A DNA stretch of 64,000 bases from Lentisphaeria bacterium (GTDB lineage: Bacteria > Verrucomicrobiota > Lentisphaeria > Victivallales > UBA1829): contig JAFXYP010000036.1 of assembly GCA_017541665.1 (NCBI GenBank), forward strand, positions 8,686 through 72,685. Reading direction: 5' to 3'. The notes under the pieces are model-generated. The model did no database searches, was not told where the DNA came from, and saw only the letters and a list, made by a program, of their open reading frames with translations. Positions 25,601-34,114 of the stretch are shown here, in pieces. Position 1 is the stretch's first letter. The number at the start of each line of letters is the position of its first letter. A program made the position numbers and the translations under genes.

Positions 25601-28120
25601 GAGCGATTTCGTGATCGCTTCGTAGTCCTGCATCTCCTTGTCGTAGGAAAGCGAGGTCGTCTGGAGCGCCTTCAGGGAATAGGTGCCGCCGGCGGACCGG
25701 ATGAGCTGGTAGATCGTGAATTTCGCGGCATCAGTCGCCCACAGGGAGAAACTGAGTTTCGCTCCTGTCTCAAGCGTGAATCCGGCATAGTCGACCGCGT
25801 CGCCGAAGCCGACCCAGTCGCTGCGGAGATCGAAGCAGGACTCGTTCAGCACGCCGATGGAATCGACGGCTCCGTCGGGGCCTTCCACCGCGAGGTCGGT
25901 CCAGTCGTCCGAGTTGTTCCCGTCCAGGAAGAAATCGCTGCCGCCCTCCTCCGGGTCCTCGTTGAGGTAGATGGCGTAGTTCGTGCTGCCGCCCTGCGCT
26001 GCGTCCGGCGACTGCACCGAGAAATAATATTCCCCGGCCTCCAGCAGAAGCGCCTTCGTGACCGCTTCGTAGTCCTCGAACTCCCTGTCGTAGGAGAGCG
26101 AGGTCGTCTGGAGCGCCTTCAGGGTGTATTTGCCGCCGGCGGACCGGATGAGCTGGTAGATCGTGAATTTCGCCGCGCCGTCGGCGGTGAGCGAGAAACT
26201 GAGCTTCGATGCGTTGTTCAGCGTAAACCGTGCATAATCGCATTCGTCTCCGAAGCCGACCCAGTCGCTGCGGATCTCGAAGCTGTTTTCGTCGATGACG
26301 CCGACGTCCCAGACCTGGCCGAGCCGGCCTTCCGTCGCGAGGTCGGTCCAGTCGTCCGAATTGTCGCCCGCAGTGAAGAATGCGCTGGCGCCGTCCTCGT
26401 CATTGAGGTAGATGTTATAGTAGGCGCTGCCGCCCTGGGCTGCATTGGTCGACTGCATGGAGATGTAGTATTCGCCCGCATCCAGCAGGAGCGCCTTCGT
26501 CGTCGCCTCGTAGTCCTCGAACTCCCTGTCGAAGGAAAGGACGGTCGTCTGGAGCGTCTTCAGGGAATACGAACCGTTCCTGTCCCGGACCAGCTTGTAG
26601 ATCGTGAACTTCGCGGCATCGGTGGAATCGAGGGAGAAACTGAGCTTTGCGGCACTGTCGAGCGTGAATCCGGCATAGTCGACCGCATCGCCGAAGCCGA
26701 CCCAGTCGCTGAGGAGGCAGAAACTGTATTCGTCCAGAGTGCCGGCATAGGCAACCTCTCCGAATTCGCCTTCCGTTTTGAGGTCGGTCCAGTCGTCGGT
26801 GTTGTCCCCCTCCACGAACATGTCGCTGTCTTCGCGGTTGAGCTCGAATTTATAGGACGCGGCGGAATCTCCGTCATTCGCGGGTTCGGAGGACTGCACA
26901 TAAAGGCAGTATTGCCCGGCCTCCAGCAGAAGCGCCTTCGTCGTCGCCACGTAATCGCCGCTTTCCGCATCGTAGACCAGCGAGGTGGTCTGAAGTGCCT
27001 TCAGCGTGCAGGCGCCGCTTTCGTCCTCCACGCACTGGTACACGGTGAACGTCGCCGCATTCGTGGCGCTGACCGTGAAACTCAGTTTGGCGCCGACTGC
27101 CAGGTCGATCTTCGAGAAATCGGAATCCGCGTATTCGGTCCAGTCGCTTGACAGGTCGATGCCGTATTCCTCGAACACGTCGTATTCCTGGAACGGATAC
27201 GGGGACGGGTCGATGATGGTCCAGCCGCCGATCGGACGCTCCGGGATCCCGATCCAGCCGCCGCCGATATACGGGTCGTCGATAACGATCACGCCGCCGA
27301 TCGGATACGGTCGATAGCCGGTGGCAGGTTCGGAAATGATATACTCGTATTCGCCGGACGATCCGCCGGACGAAGAGAGATGTCCGTTGTATGTCTTGCC
27401 GGATTCGTACACCACGGAGCCGTTCGATTCGGAAGACTTCGCTTCAAGATCGTATCCGACCTGGTACGTCCTGAAGTTCGCCATGTCTTCAGCACTGATT
27501 GACAGGTTGCACTGGACCGGTCTTTTTGAAGTGCCGGACGCGGATCCGGTCCCGGCGGCTCCCTTCCGCGGGCCGCCGTCGATGTCGATGTTTCCGACCG
27601 GAAGGATCCCCGCTGCCGAGGATTCCGAGGGAACTGTGAAACTGCCTGCGGCCGGGCCGGCGGCCCCGCCGTTTTTACCGGTCGCGGAGACTTCTTTTTT
27701 CTCATGGTTTGCGAAAAGTCCGCTGAAAACAGGCGTTTCCTGTTCCTTGAGCTTCAAATTCACGCCGTTCGAAGTCCCCTGCGCGGCCACGGAGGAGTCC
27801 GGCGTGACGCGGAAGGACATGTTTTTCCCGAAACGGATGGAAAAAACGGACGATGCGGCCCTGCTGTTCAACCCGGAAGAAGAAAGAGAAAACGTCCGGG
27901 ACTGCGGACGGGAGACGGAGAATCCGTCTGTTCCGAAGCGGGTTCGCCTTGCCGTGGTGCTGCTCCAAACGTAGGAAAAACGCCTTTTTGCCGGGAGAGA
28001 CATCGTATTATCCGATCTCAGCGACTTGAGGATGGACGTGACACCGCCATTCGCAAGGGCAAGATCGCTGCTTGTCTCGCGTTTCGTTTCAATGATATAG
28101 TCTTCGTACTCGTCAGTCAT
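22607..28120 (-). CDS. 1,837-aa repeat protein: Ser/Gly-rich N-terminal region + ten tandem pre-peptidase-C-terminal (PPC)-like ~145-aa modules + Cys-containing C-terminal segment
   Basis: Start at ATG 28120 (AAGGAA upstream). Repeating module ..DDWTDL..G..G.VG..G.ID.....L..DWVGFGDAVDYAGFTL...AKLSFSL.A.DAAKFT.YQLV......Y.LKALQTT.L......DYEA.TKALLLEAGEYY.S.QS.NAAQGGSA.Y...LN. No N-terminal signal peptide recognisable. Confidence 0.85.
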   Translation of the reverse strand: MTDEYEDYIIETKRETSSDLALANGGVTSILKSLRSDNTMSLPAKRRFSYVWSSTTARRTRFGTDGFSVSRPQSRTFSLSSSGLNSRAASSVFSIRFGKNMSFRVTPDSSVAAQGTSNGVNLKLKEQETPVFSGLFANHEKKEVSATGKNGGAAGPAAGSFTVPSESSAAGILPVGNIDIDGGPRKGAAGTGSASGTSKRPVQCNLSISAEDMANFRTYQVGYDLEAKSSESNGSVVYESGKTYNGHLSSSGGSSGEYEYIISEPATGYRPYPIGGVIVIDDPYIGGGWIGIPERPIGGWTIIDPSPYPFQEYDVFEEYGIDLSSDWTEYADSDFSKIDLAVGAKLSFTVSATNAATFTVYQCVEDESGACTLKALQTTSLVYDAESGDYVATTKALLLEAGQYCLYVQSSEPANDGDSAASYKFELNREDSDMFVEGDNTDDWTDLKTEGEFGEVAYAGTLDEYSFCLLSDWVGFGDAVDYAGFTLDSAAKLSFSLDSTDAAKFTIYKLVRDRNGSYSLKTLQTTVLSFDREFEDYEATTKALLLDAGEYYISMQSTNAAQGGSAYYNIYLNDEDGASAFFTAGDNSDDWTDLATEGRLGQVWDVGVIDENSFEIRSDWVGFGDECDYARFTLNNASKLSFSLTADGAAKFTIYQLIRSAGGKYTLKALQTTSLSYDREFEDYEAVTKALLLEAGEYYFSVQSPDAAQGGSTNYAIYLNEDPEEGGSDFFLDGNNSDDWTDLAVEGPDGAVDSIGVLNESCFDLRSDWVGFGDAVDYAGFTLETGAKLSFSLWATDAAKFTIYQLIRSAGGTYSLKALQTTSLSYDKEMQDYEAITKSLLLEAGEYYFSVQSTNAAQGGSAYYGILLNQDPEAGGSEFFSFGNNQDDWTDLATEGACGSVGYLGFLNEYSFDLIGDWVGFGDAVDYAGFSLDTAAKLSFSITADGAAKFTVYQLVQSAGGTYSLKALQTTSLSYDREYEDYEATTKSLFLAKGDYYICVQSTDAQQGGGANYWVCLNGEDSTFFTADGGNSWSDLEALGPDGSVGDLGWVDEYTTELTSGWVGGREADYARISLYNAGQVSFSLNADAAAKFTVYRLVQDKNGKYSLTALQSTTLTVNRQTQEYDAATKALLLEAGEYYISMQSADSSKYVNYSISLNGEDSKFFTEGWNYDDWTDLKTAGAYGNVGYVGVIDEFDGELIRDWVGFGDEFDYTGFTLNSAASLRFSINAGDAVSFTICRLTQTKSGMYTLTPVQTTALTLNRESGDYEAVTKALLLEAGDYYICVQSSNAAQGGDAQYTVSMNPSDCTFYTQGENYDDWTDLKTAGAYGNVGYVGVIDEYSTDLATGWVGFGDAVDYMGFTLFNGAKLSFSLDASDAAAFTIYQLVQDRHGAYSLKALQTTSLSLNKSSGDYEAVTKALLLEAGEYYISVQSANAAQGGSAAYNLSLNAPGSAFYTEADNSDDWTSLATEGAYGDVGGIGVVDGYSGDLASGWVGFGDAVDYMGFTLFSDAKLSFSIDATDAATFTVYQLVQSGNGAYRLKALQSTTLAFNKQMQDYEATTKELLLNAGEYYFSIQSTNAAQGGSAAYNLSLNATASTFYTEADNSDDWTDITQQGPYGMVGSIGFVDEYSYELADGWVGFGDEFDYAGFSTFDDADLSFAVEADGAATFTVYSLIEARNGTYKLKTLQTTALVLDKQTGKYLADTKALHLEAGEYYFSMQSDNAAQGGGAYYTLSLNNAGSTFYPAETANDENWGEIVDPLPAAPDCTDDILYEWSCGYPVPEQVQMEPCTAGPPVDDVLAWPADVQSVCGGSLAASGLVDDKQVDVLKELSSIA
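22880..27160 (-). repeat. Ten in-frame tandem coding repeats, period ~427-450 bp
   Basis: The landmark GCCGAAGCCGACCCAG (or a 1-3 mismatch variant) recurs near 23200, 23635, 24065, 24495, 24920, 25355, 25800, 26250, 26690 and 27135. Confidence 0.85.
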
Positions 28121-28231
28121 AAAGATTCCTTGCCCGATGAATTGACAGGTCTTCGGAGCGGGGCGAGCACCTCGGACCGGGCAGTCGGAAAACAGATCGG
28201 CAGGATGTAAAACCTGCGGCATCTTGCATAT

Positions 28232-28259
28232 AATATAGCACCGAATACGCGTATGTCAA
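28232..28259 (-). promoter_or_regulatory. Possible sigma70-like promoter of the giant repeat-protein gene
   Basis: The minus strand reads TTGACA (28259-28254), 16-nt spacer, TATATT (28237-28232). About 105 nt upstream of the ATG at 28120. Confidence 0.4.
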
Positions 28260-28386
28260 GCGCGCATGCGAAAAATTATTGAGGCAAAAAGGATCGTCCG
28301 TCTTGAGCGGGATTGTCTCCGGATCGCACGGATCGGGATATCTCATTGCAGGGGAGAAGGAAAGGAGAAACGGACAGCGGTCCGCA

Positions 28387-30030
28387 TCAATTCGAAGACG
28401 TGTCTTCTTCCCGGTACAGGATGCGGCCTTCCATCATGTAGCGCGGTTTGACGGCGAATTCCGGCGAAAGGAAGTCTTCGGACGCCGGATACCCCTGCGA
28501 GGAAACGCCGAACACGGACAGAATGCCTTCGGCGGCGCGGTCCATCTGGATCGGCCTGTCGACGGCGGACTCCGCGGCGGCAATGCGGTCGGGATAGGAC
28601 GCGCGGTATTCCGGCGAGAACCAGAACAGGAACGGAACTTCGTAGGAGTCGCGTTTTTCGGCATCCCGGTAGTTCTGCATGAAACTTGTTTCGACGTTTT
28701 CGCCATGGTCGGAAAAATAGAAAAGCAGGTTTTTCCCGCCGACATTTTTCAATTCGTCGATGATCCTGCCGAGGATGAAATCCGTGTAGCGGATGGAGTT
28801 GTCGTAGGTGTTGATATTTTCCAGAAAGATCGGGTTGATTTCCTTCCCGGAAACATCACTTTTTTCCTCGTCGAAATAGCTGAAACTTTCGGGATAACGG
28901 TTCCGGTAAGTGATATGGCTTCCCATGATGTGAAGGATGACAAGCGTCGGGCCTTCCCGCCTCGCGAGAGCCTCGCGAACGTCTTCGATCAGGCATTCGT
29001 CGAATTCCTCTTCATGATATTTCGGCTGCCACTGCGTGAAAAGTGCGGAAACGGAATTCTCGCCGAAATTCACCTGCGTGGAATAGGCGTCGATGTGATA
29101 TCCTGCGCGGTCCAGGACGGACATGATCGTGGCGCGCGGGTGCATCTGATCGTCCAAAGTCTTGAATGTCAGCATATAATAAAGGGAGTAGTTTGTGACC
29201 GGCATCGCGGAGATGACGTTTTTGAAAACGACGAGTTCGTCCCGGTTTTTTTCAAGTTCCGGCGTCGTGTCGCGGTCGTATCCGTAGAGCGACAAATGCG
29301 ACCGCACGGCGCTTTCCCCGATCACGATCACGGCGACATCCGCCTTCCCGTCGCAGGTCAGGTCCGGCGGGATCTGCGGGTGCTCGATGCACTCGTGCAG
29401 GACGTCCATCTTCCTGCGGGAATCGGCCCACTGGTTCGGCAGCAGCGCGAACCACGCGGCGGAGTCGCGCTGCACGGGATCGGGGTCGATCCAGCTGTAG
29501 TACACGAAGACCCACGCCATCGGAAGGACGGTGCATAAGGCAAGGACGGCCGAGATCTTCCGGTTCGGAAGCGGCTTGACCCCGAATCCGAAAAAGCGGA
29601 AGATCAGCAGCCCCGTCGCGGTGGCAAGGACATAGTAGACCCCGGACAGCGAAAGGATTTCGCGCGTCAGGAATTCGCGGGACTCGCGCCAGGACGTCGT
29701 GGAAAGCAGGTCCAGCGTGCCCGTATGCACCGGCATGTGGAAGCGCATGATCACATAGCCGCTGACAAAGAACCCGAGCGCGGCGAAGAACATCAGCACC
29801 GCCGCATAGACGCGGAACCAGCGTCCGCGCAGCAGAAACAGCGGCGCGGCCGGGAAGACATACCCGGCGAACGCGGACAGCACCGCGGTCCATTCCAGCG
29901 GAGCCTGGTTGTGATGCACGAAGAGGCGCGGCAGGCAGTCCGGTCCGGCGATCAGGACGAGGTATACGGCCAGGTAGACCCAGAGGTTCGAGAATACCTT
30001 GTCGCAGCTGTTTTTTATGTTGACTTTCAT
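28387..30030 (-). CDS. Phosphoethanolamine transferase (EptA/CptA-type sulfatase-fold membrane enzyme)
   Basis: N-terminal multi-TM region plus periplasmic sulfatase domain: VIVIGESAVRSHLSLYGYDRDTTPEL, HIMGSHITYRNRYP, YDNSIRYTDF, FYFSDHGE. Start uncertain (ATG 30030 chosen; GTG 30054 possible). Visibly lower GC than its neighbours. Confidence 0.8.
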   Translation of the reverse strand: MKVNIKNSCDKVFSNLWVYLAVYLVLIAGPDCLPRLFVHHNQAPLEWTAVLSAFAGYVFPAAPLFLLRGRWFRVYAAVLMFFAALGFFVSGYVIMRFHMPVHTGTLDLLSTTSWRESREFLTREILSLSGVYYVLATATGLLIFRFFGFGVKPLPNRKISAVLALCTVLPMAWVFVYYSWIDPDPVQRDSAAWFALLPNQWADSRRKMDVLHECIEHPQIPPDLTCDGKADVAVIVIGESAVRSHLSLYGYDRDTTPELEKNRDELVVFKNVISAMPVTNYSLYYMLTFKTLDDQMHPRATIMSVLDRAGYHIDAYSTQVNFGENSVSALFTQWQPKYHEEEFDECLIEDVREALARREGPTLVILHIMGSHITYRNRYPESFSYFDEEKSDVSGKEINPIFLENINTYDNSIRYTDFILGRIIDELKNVGGKNLLFYFSDHGENVETSFMQNYRDAEKRDSYEVPFLFWFSPEYRASYPDRIAAAESAVDRPIQMDRAAEGILSVFGVSSQGYPASEDFLSPEFAVKPRYMMEGRILYREEDTSSN

Positions 30031-30436
30031 GGATTCTGTCAATGCGGATCCCACATTGTGAGGTTGACGGTACGGGCATTCCGCCGGATTCCGAAAAGCA
30101 TCCGCCTTACAAAAAACGGGGCTTTTTTGAATCCGAACGAAATGAAATATTTAATATACCATGGAACACCGGAAAAATCAAACGTAAAACGTTTTTGCAG
30201 GAGAGTGTCTTCACGATATTTCCCGGCATACCGGGGGACTTCCGCAAATGAACGGCATTTCGCATATCCGTCTCCATCCGTCCGCCGATGAAAAAGACAT
30301 GAAAGATTTCGCCGCATTTCAGTTGAAAAAAACAAAAAGCATGATACAGTATTATAGCAAGAATTAAGGCAGAAGGGTCGCCTGCATACACCGGCAGGTG
30401 ACCGCAGACCGTTTTCAAGGAGTTTGTTTCGTCTTT

Positions 30437-31165
30437 ATGGCACAGGATCGTCTCGCATTCATCATCGGCGCATCCCGCGGCATCGGGTATGCATCCGCTT
30501 TGCGTCTGGCGCAGGACGGCTTCGACATCGCGGCGTCCTGCCGCGGCGACACGGCACGTCTCGACGGCCTGCGCACCCGGGTCGAGGCGCTTGGACGCTC
30601 CTTCCTGCCGGTCTCTCTGGATGTCACCGACCGCGCGGGGTCCCTGCGGGTCGTGACGGACCTTTTCGCGGACAATCCGCCCTTCGCGGTCGTCTACAAC
30701 GCCGGCATCTCCCGGGACGACCTTTTCGCATGGATGACCTCGGCGGAATGGGACGACGTGATCCGGACCGGACTCGACGGGTTCTACAACTGCGTCCAGC
30801 CGCTGGTCCAGCCACTCATTTCCGCGAAGAAAGGCCGCATCATCGTGATCAGCAGCGCCTCCGGCCAGGTCGGACGCCCAGGCCAGGTCAACTACTCCGC
30901 CGCGAAGGCCGGGCTTATCGGCGCGGTCAAGGCGCTTGCCGGGGAGCTCGGGCGCAGGAACATCCTCGTGAACGCCGTCGCGCCCGGCATCATCGACACC
31001 GAAATGACGCGCGACCTGGACATGACGAAGCTCCTGCCGCTCATCCCGCTCGGACGGAAAGGCGCCCCGGAGGAAGTCGCGTCCGTCGTTTCCTTCCTCG
31101 CCGGACCGTACTCCGCCTACGTCACCGGACAGGTGATCGGCGTCAACGGAGGCCTGGTATGCTGA
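30437..31165 (+). CDS. 3-oxoacyl-ACP reductase (SDR, FabG/ApeQ-like)
   Basis: 242 aa. GASRGIG cofactor motif, NAG, catalytic S..YSAAK. AAGGAG upstream. Confidence 0.85.
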   Translation: MAQDRLAFIIGASRGIGYASALRLAQDGFDIAASCRGDTARLDGLRTRVEALGRSFLPVSLDVTDRAGSLRVVTDLFADNPPFAVVYNAGISRDDLFAWMTSAEWDDVIRTGLDGFYNCVQPLVQPLISAKKGRIIVISSASGQVGRPGQVNYSAAKAGLIGAVKALAGELGRRNILVNAVAPGIIDTEMTRDLDMTKLLPLIPLGRKGAPEEVASVVSFLAGPYSAYVTGQVIGVNGGLVC

Positions 31166-31196
31166 CCGGCACAAACGCAGACTGGAGGCAATCCGC

Positions 31197-32414
31197 ATGA
31201 ACGGACTGAAACGCGTCGTTATCACCGGCAGCGGCATCTACAGCGCGCTCGGATTCACCCCCGGCGAACTCTTCGACAACCTCGCCGCGGGCAGAAGCGC
31301 CATCGTCAGAGGCGGCGAGGAGGAGGATTTCCTGCCGACCGCCCCTGCCTCGCGCGATCCCGAACGCTTCCGCGTCCTGCCGCGCACGCTCCGCCGCGCC
31401 ATGGCGCCCTCGGCATGCTTCACCGCGATGGCAGGGCTTGCCGCCATGCGGGACTCCGGCCTGTCGCAGGACGAACTGCTCGCGCTGAACGCCGGATGCG
31501 CCGTCGGCTCCACCATGGGGTCCGTCAGCACCCTGCGCGAAGGGTATTCCCTGGTCCTTTCCGGGCAGAGCGACCGCCTCTCCCCGATGCACTTCTTCAA
31601 ATGCGCCTCCCACACCACGGCGTTCAACCTCGCCCGCACCCTCGGGCTCAACGGCGCGATCTACTCGCCGTGTTCCGCCTGCGCCTCCGGGCTCCAGTCC
31701 ATGGGACTCGGCGCGGCGCTCATCTCCGCCGGACAGGAAACGGTCATGTTCTGCGGCGGCGCGGACGAGACCGGCTCCGAAGTCTCCGGTTCGTTCGCCC
31801 TGATGTACGCGCACGCCCCCGCCGAAGGCGACCTGGCGGAGAGCTCCCGGCCCTTCTCGGCGCACCGCAAGGGGCTGGTCTGCGGCGAAGGTGCGGCGGT
31901 CTTCTGTCTGGAGGAATACGACCATGCCGTCCGCCGCGGAGCGAAGATCTACGGCGAAATCGTCGGCTACTCCTCGAACAGCGGCGGGAACGGCCTCAGC
32001 CAGTCCGATGCACCAGCCATCGCCCGCTGCATGGCGGACACCTGCACCTCCGCCGGGATCGCCCCGGCGGACATCGACTACATCAGCGCGCATGCCACGT
32101 CCACGCTCCAGGGCGACGCCGCTGAAGCCGCCGCGATCCGTGAAGTCTTCGGGTCCGGCGTCCCGGTCTCCAGCCTCAAGGGACACCTCGGGCATACGCT
32201 CGGCGCATCCGGCCCGCTGGAAATGGCCGCCGTCTTCGAGATGGCGCGGCACGGCATCCTGATCCCGACCCGCAACCTCGACGAAATCGACCCCGCCTGC
32301 GCCGGGATCGACCATGTGACCGAGCTCCGCGAAAAACGGATCCGCATCTTCTTCAAAAACTCCTTTGCGTTCGGAGGCATCAACGCCTCCCTGATCTGCA
32401 AGCTCAACGTATAA
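31197..32414 (+). CDS. Beta-ketoacyl-ACP synthase (KAS I/II-like, KS 1 of 3)
   Basis: 405 aa. Active-site CSACASG, HATSTLQGD and GHLGHTLGASG (Cys-His-His triad). Confidence 0.9.
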   Translation: MNGLKRVVITGSGIYSALGFTPGELFDNLAAGRSAIVRGGEEEDFLPTAPASRDPERFRVLPRTLRRAMAPSACFTAMAGLAAMRDSGLSQDELLALNAGCAVGSTMGSVSTLREGYSLVLSGQSDRLSPMHFFKCASHTTAFNLARTLGLNGAIYSPCSACASGLQSMGLGAALISAGQETVMFCGGADETGSEVSGSFALMYAHAPAEGDLAESSRPFSAHRKGLVCGEGAAVFCLEEYDHAVRRGAKIYGEIVGYSSNSGGNGLSQSDAPAIARCMADTCTSAGIAPADIDYISAHATSTLQGDAAEAAAIREVFGSGVPVSSLKGHLGHTLGASGPLEMAAVFEMARHGILIPTRNLDEIDPACAGIDHVTELREKRIRIFFKNSFAFGGINASLICKLNV

Positions 32415-32441
32415 CAAACTTTCCCCGGAAGGAACCAAAAT

Positions 32442-32762
32442 ATGAACCTGACACGCGACGAAATCATCGAGGCCGTCAACGGCGCCCTCGTCAATGAAAT
32501 GGAACTCGACCCCGCCGACCTCGCACCCGACAAGACCTTCTTCGAAGACCTCGGGCTCGACAGCCTCGACATGGTCGACCTCATGATCGGACTCCAGCGC
32601 AAATTCGGCATCTCTCTCCGCGAAAACGAGGAGATCAAACAGGTCCGCACCCTCGGAGACGTCTACGATTTCTTCGAGAAGAACCAGGCGATGCTCACCG
32701 CCCAGGCGGAGGCCGCGAAAGCCGCCGCGCAGGCCGCGCAATCCCAGCCGCCGAAGGAATAA
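32442..32762 (+). CDS. Acyl carrier protein with Ala/Gln-rich C-terminal extension
   Basis: 106 aa. Phosphopantetheine site DLGLDSLDMVDL. Tail AQAEAAKAAAQAAQSQPPKE. Confidence 0.85.
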   Translation: MNLTRDEIIEAVNGALVNEMELDPADLAPDKTFFEDLGLDSLDMVDLMIGLQRKFGISLRENEEIKQVRTLGDVYDFFEKNQAMLTAQAEAAKAAAQAAQSQPPKE

Positions 32763-32807
32763 CCCCTTTCCCACCGCCTTTTTCCGCCCGCCCGGCAGGA
32801 GCCGAAG

Positions 32808-33599
32808 ATGTTCTCCCTGATCGTCTACACGCACATGGTCGTTTGCATTCTCCTCTACTGCATTCTGGCCTCGCCGTTTTTTCTGATCGCGGGGATATTC
32901 TGCCTTCTCACCGGCAGGCCGTTCAACGTCGCGGTCCTGAAATTCATCCGCACGTTCGGCCGCTTCATGATCCGCTGCTGGTACAGCGTCTACGTCCCGG
33001 TCCGCCTCGACGATTTCTCCGGCGGCGCGAACCACGGCATCTTCATCGTGAACCACCGGTCGTCCTCCGACCCGTTCCTGGTCTCCATCATCCCCGCCGC
33101 GGGCGCCGCCATGGCCGCGGCAAAGGGCTGGGCACTCCACATGCCGTTCTTCGGCGTCTTCGCGCGGATGGGCGGCTTCATCGACGTGAACAACCTCACC
33201 TACGAGCAAATCGTGGAGCAGACGCGCCGCGCCCTGAGCAATTCCGGCACCATCTACGTCTTCCCGGAGGGCACACGGTCCGGCTCCCGCGTCATGGCAC
33301 CCTTCCACAGCGCGTTCTTCCGCGCCGCGAAGGAGCTCGGCGCGCCGTTGATCCCGGTCGCCATCGCCGGCAACGAACACTGCCCCGAACGTTCCTTCCG
33401 CATGCGCCCGGGCCGCGTCATCATGCGCGTCCTGAAGCCGATCCCGCCGGAACGCATCGCATCCGAGCCGCATTTCCGCATCCAGCGGGAGGTCCACCGC
33501 ATCCTCGAGGAGGAGACCGCCGCGCTGGACCGCGAGATCGACGCGTGGAAACAGGAACGCCGCTATCCGTTTTTTCTTTCTTCCGCAAAATCTACTTGA
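32808..33599 (+). CDS. Lysophospholipid acyltransferase (PlsC/LPLAT family, ApeD-like)
   Basis: 263 aa. N-terminal TM. HX4D motif NHRSSSD, FPEGTRS and IPVAIAG blocks. Confidence 0.85.
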   Translation: MFSLIVYTHMVVCILLYCILASPFFLIAGIFCLLTGRPFNVAVLKFIRTFGRFMIRCWYSVYVPVRLDDFSGGANHGIFIVNHRSSSDPFLVSIIPAAGAAMAAAKGWALHMPFFGVFARMGGFIDVNNLTYEQIVEQTRRALSNSGTIYVFPEGTRSGSRVMAPFHSAFFRAAKELGAPLIPVAIAGNEHCPERSFRMRPGRVIMRVLKPIPPERIASEPHFRIQREVHRILEEETAALDREIDAWKQERRYPFFLSSAKST

Positions 33600-33637
33600 A
33601 CATACCAATACCGTTTTCAGAAGGGAAACCATTCATC

Positions 33638-34114
33638 ATGACCGATCCCAACGCTCCGAAATCCGAAAAACCGCCCATCCCGCACGACGAACTGCGGAAA
33701 AAACTGCCCTTCCCCGCCTCCGGACTGCTCCCGCACGGCGAACCCTTCGCCCTGGTCGACACGATCCTGGAAGAATGGGACCAGGGCGGGATCACGTCCT
33801 CCGTGGTGCATCCCGACCATCCGCTCCTCGCGGCCGACGGGACCGTCGGGGCCGAGACGCTCATCGAATACGCCGCCCAGTCCTGCGCCGCGCTGGACGC
33901 CTTCCAGCGGCAGGACAAGTCTTTCGGCGGGCTTCTGGTGGAGGTCGTCGACTCCAAGTACACCATGCTTCCCCGCGTCGGCGACACCGTGAAAGTCACC
34001 ATCAACGTCCAGTACGACCTCGGCAAATGGCGCGGCATCGCATATCAGACTACCGTCAACGGGAAACCCGCCGCCGAAGGCAGCCTCAAGTTATGTATCA
34101 TCAACGAACAGTAA
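33638..34114 (+). CDS. Hotdog-fold FabZ/FabA-like dehydratase subunit (probably non-catalytic partner, ApeI-like)
   Basis: 158 aa from ATG 33638. LPHGEPFALVD (compare the FabZ LPHRYPFLLVD) but no HFPGxPxxPG catalytic motif. Confidence 0.7.
   Translation: MTDPNAPKSEKPPIPHDELRKKLPFPASGLLPHGEPFALVDTILEEWDQGGITSSVVHPDHPLLAADGTVGAETLIEYAAQSCAALDAFQRQDKSFGGLLVEVVDSKYTMLPRVGDTVKVTINVQYDLGKWRGIAYQTTVNGKPAAEGSLKLCIINEQ

Noticed and set aside
22880-27160. Possible satellite, CRISPR-like or mobile repeat array
   Set aside because: Period ~430-450 bp, units 60-90% similar, continuous in one reading frame and translating to a coherent beta-sandwich-type module. These are coding repeats, not a non-coding array.
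30398-30436. GTG start at 30398 for the FabG-like gene
   Set aside because: It adds 13 non-conserved residues before the Rossmann beta1. ATG 30437, preceded by AAGGAG, gives the usual short N-terminus before GASRGIG.
32843-34114. 423-aa plus-strand ORF bridging the acyltransferase and dehydratase genes
   Set aside because: Only the last 158 codons (from ATG 33638) look like a real hotdog dehydratase. The upstream part is an alternative frame over the PlsC-like gene with Arg/Pro-rich nonsense composition.
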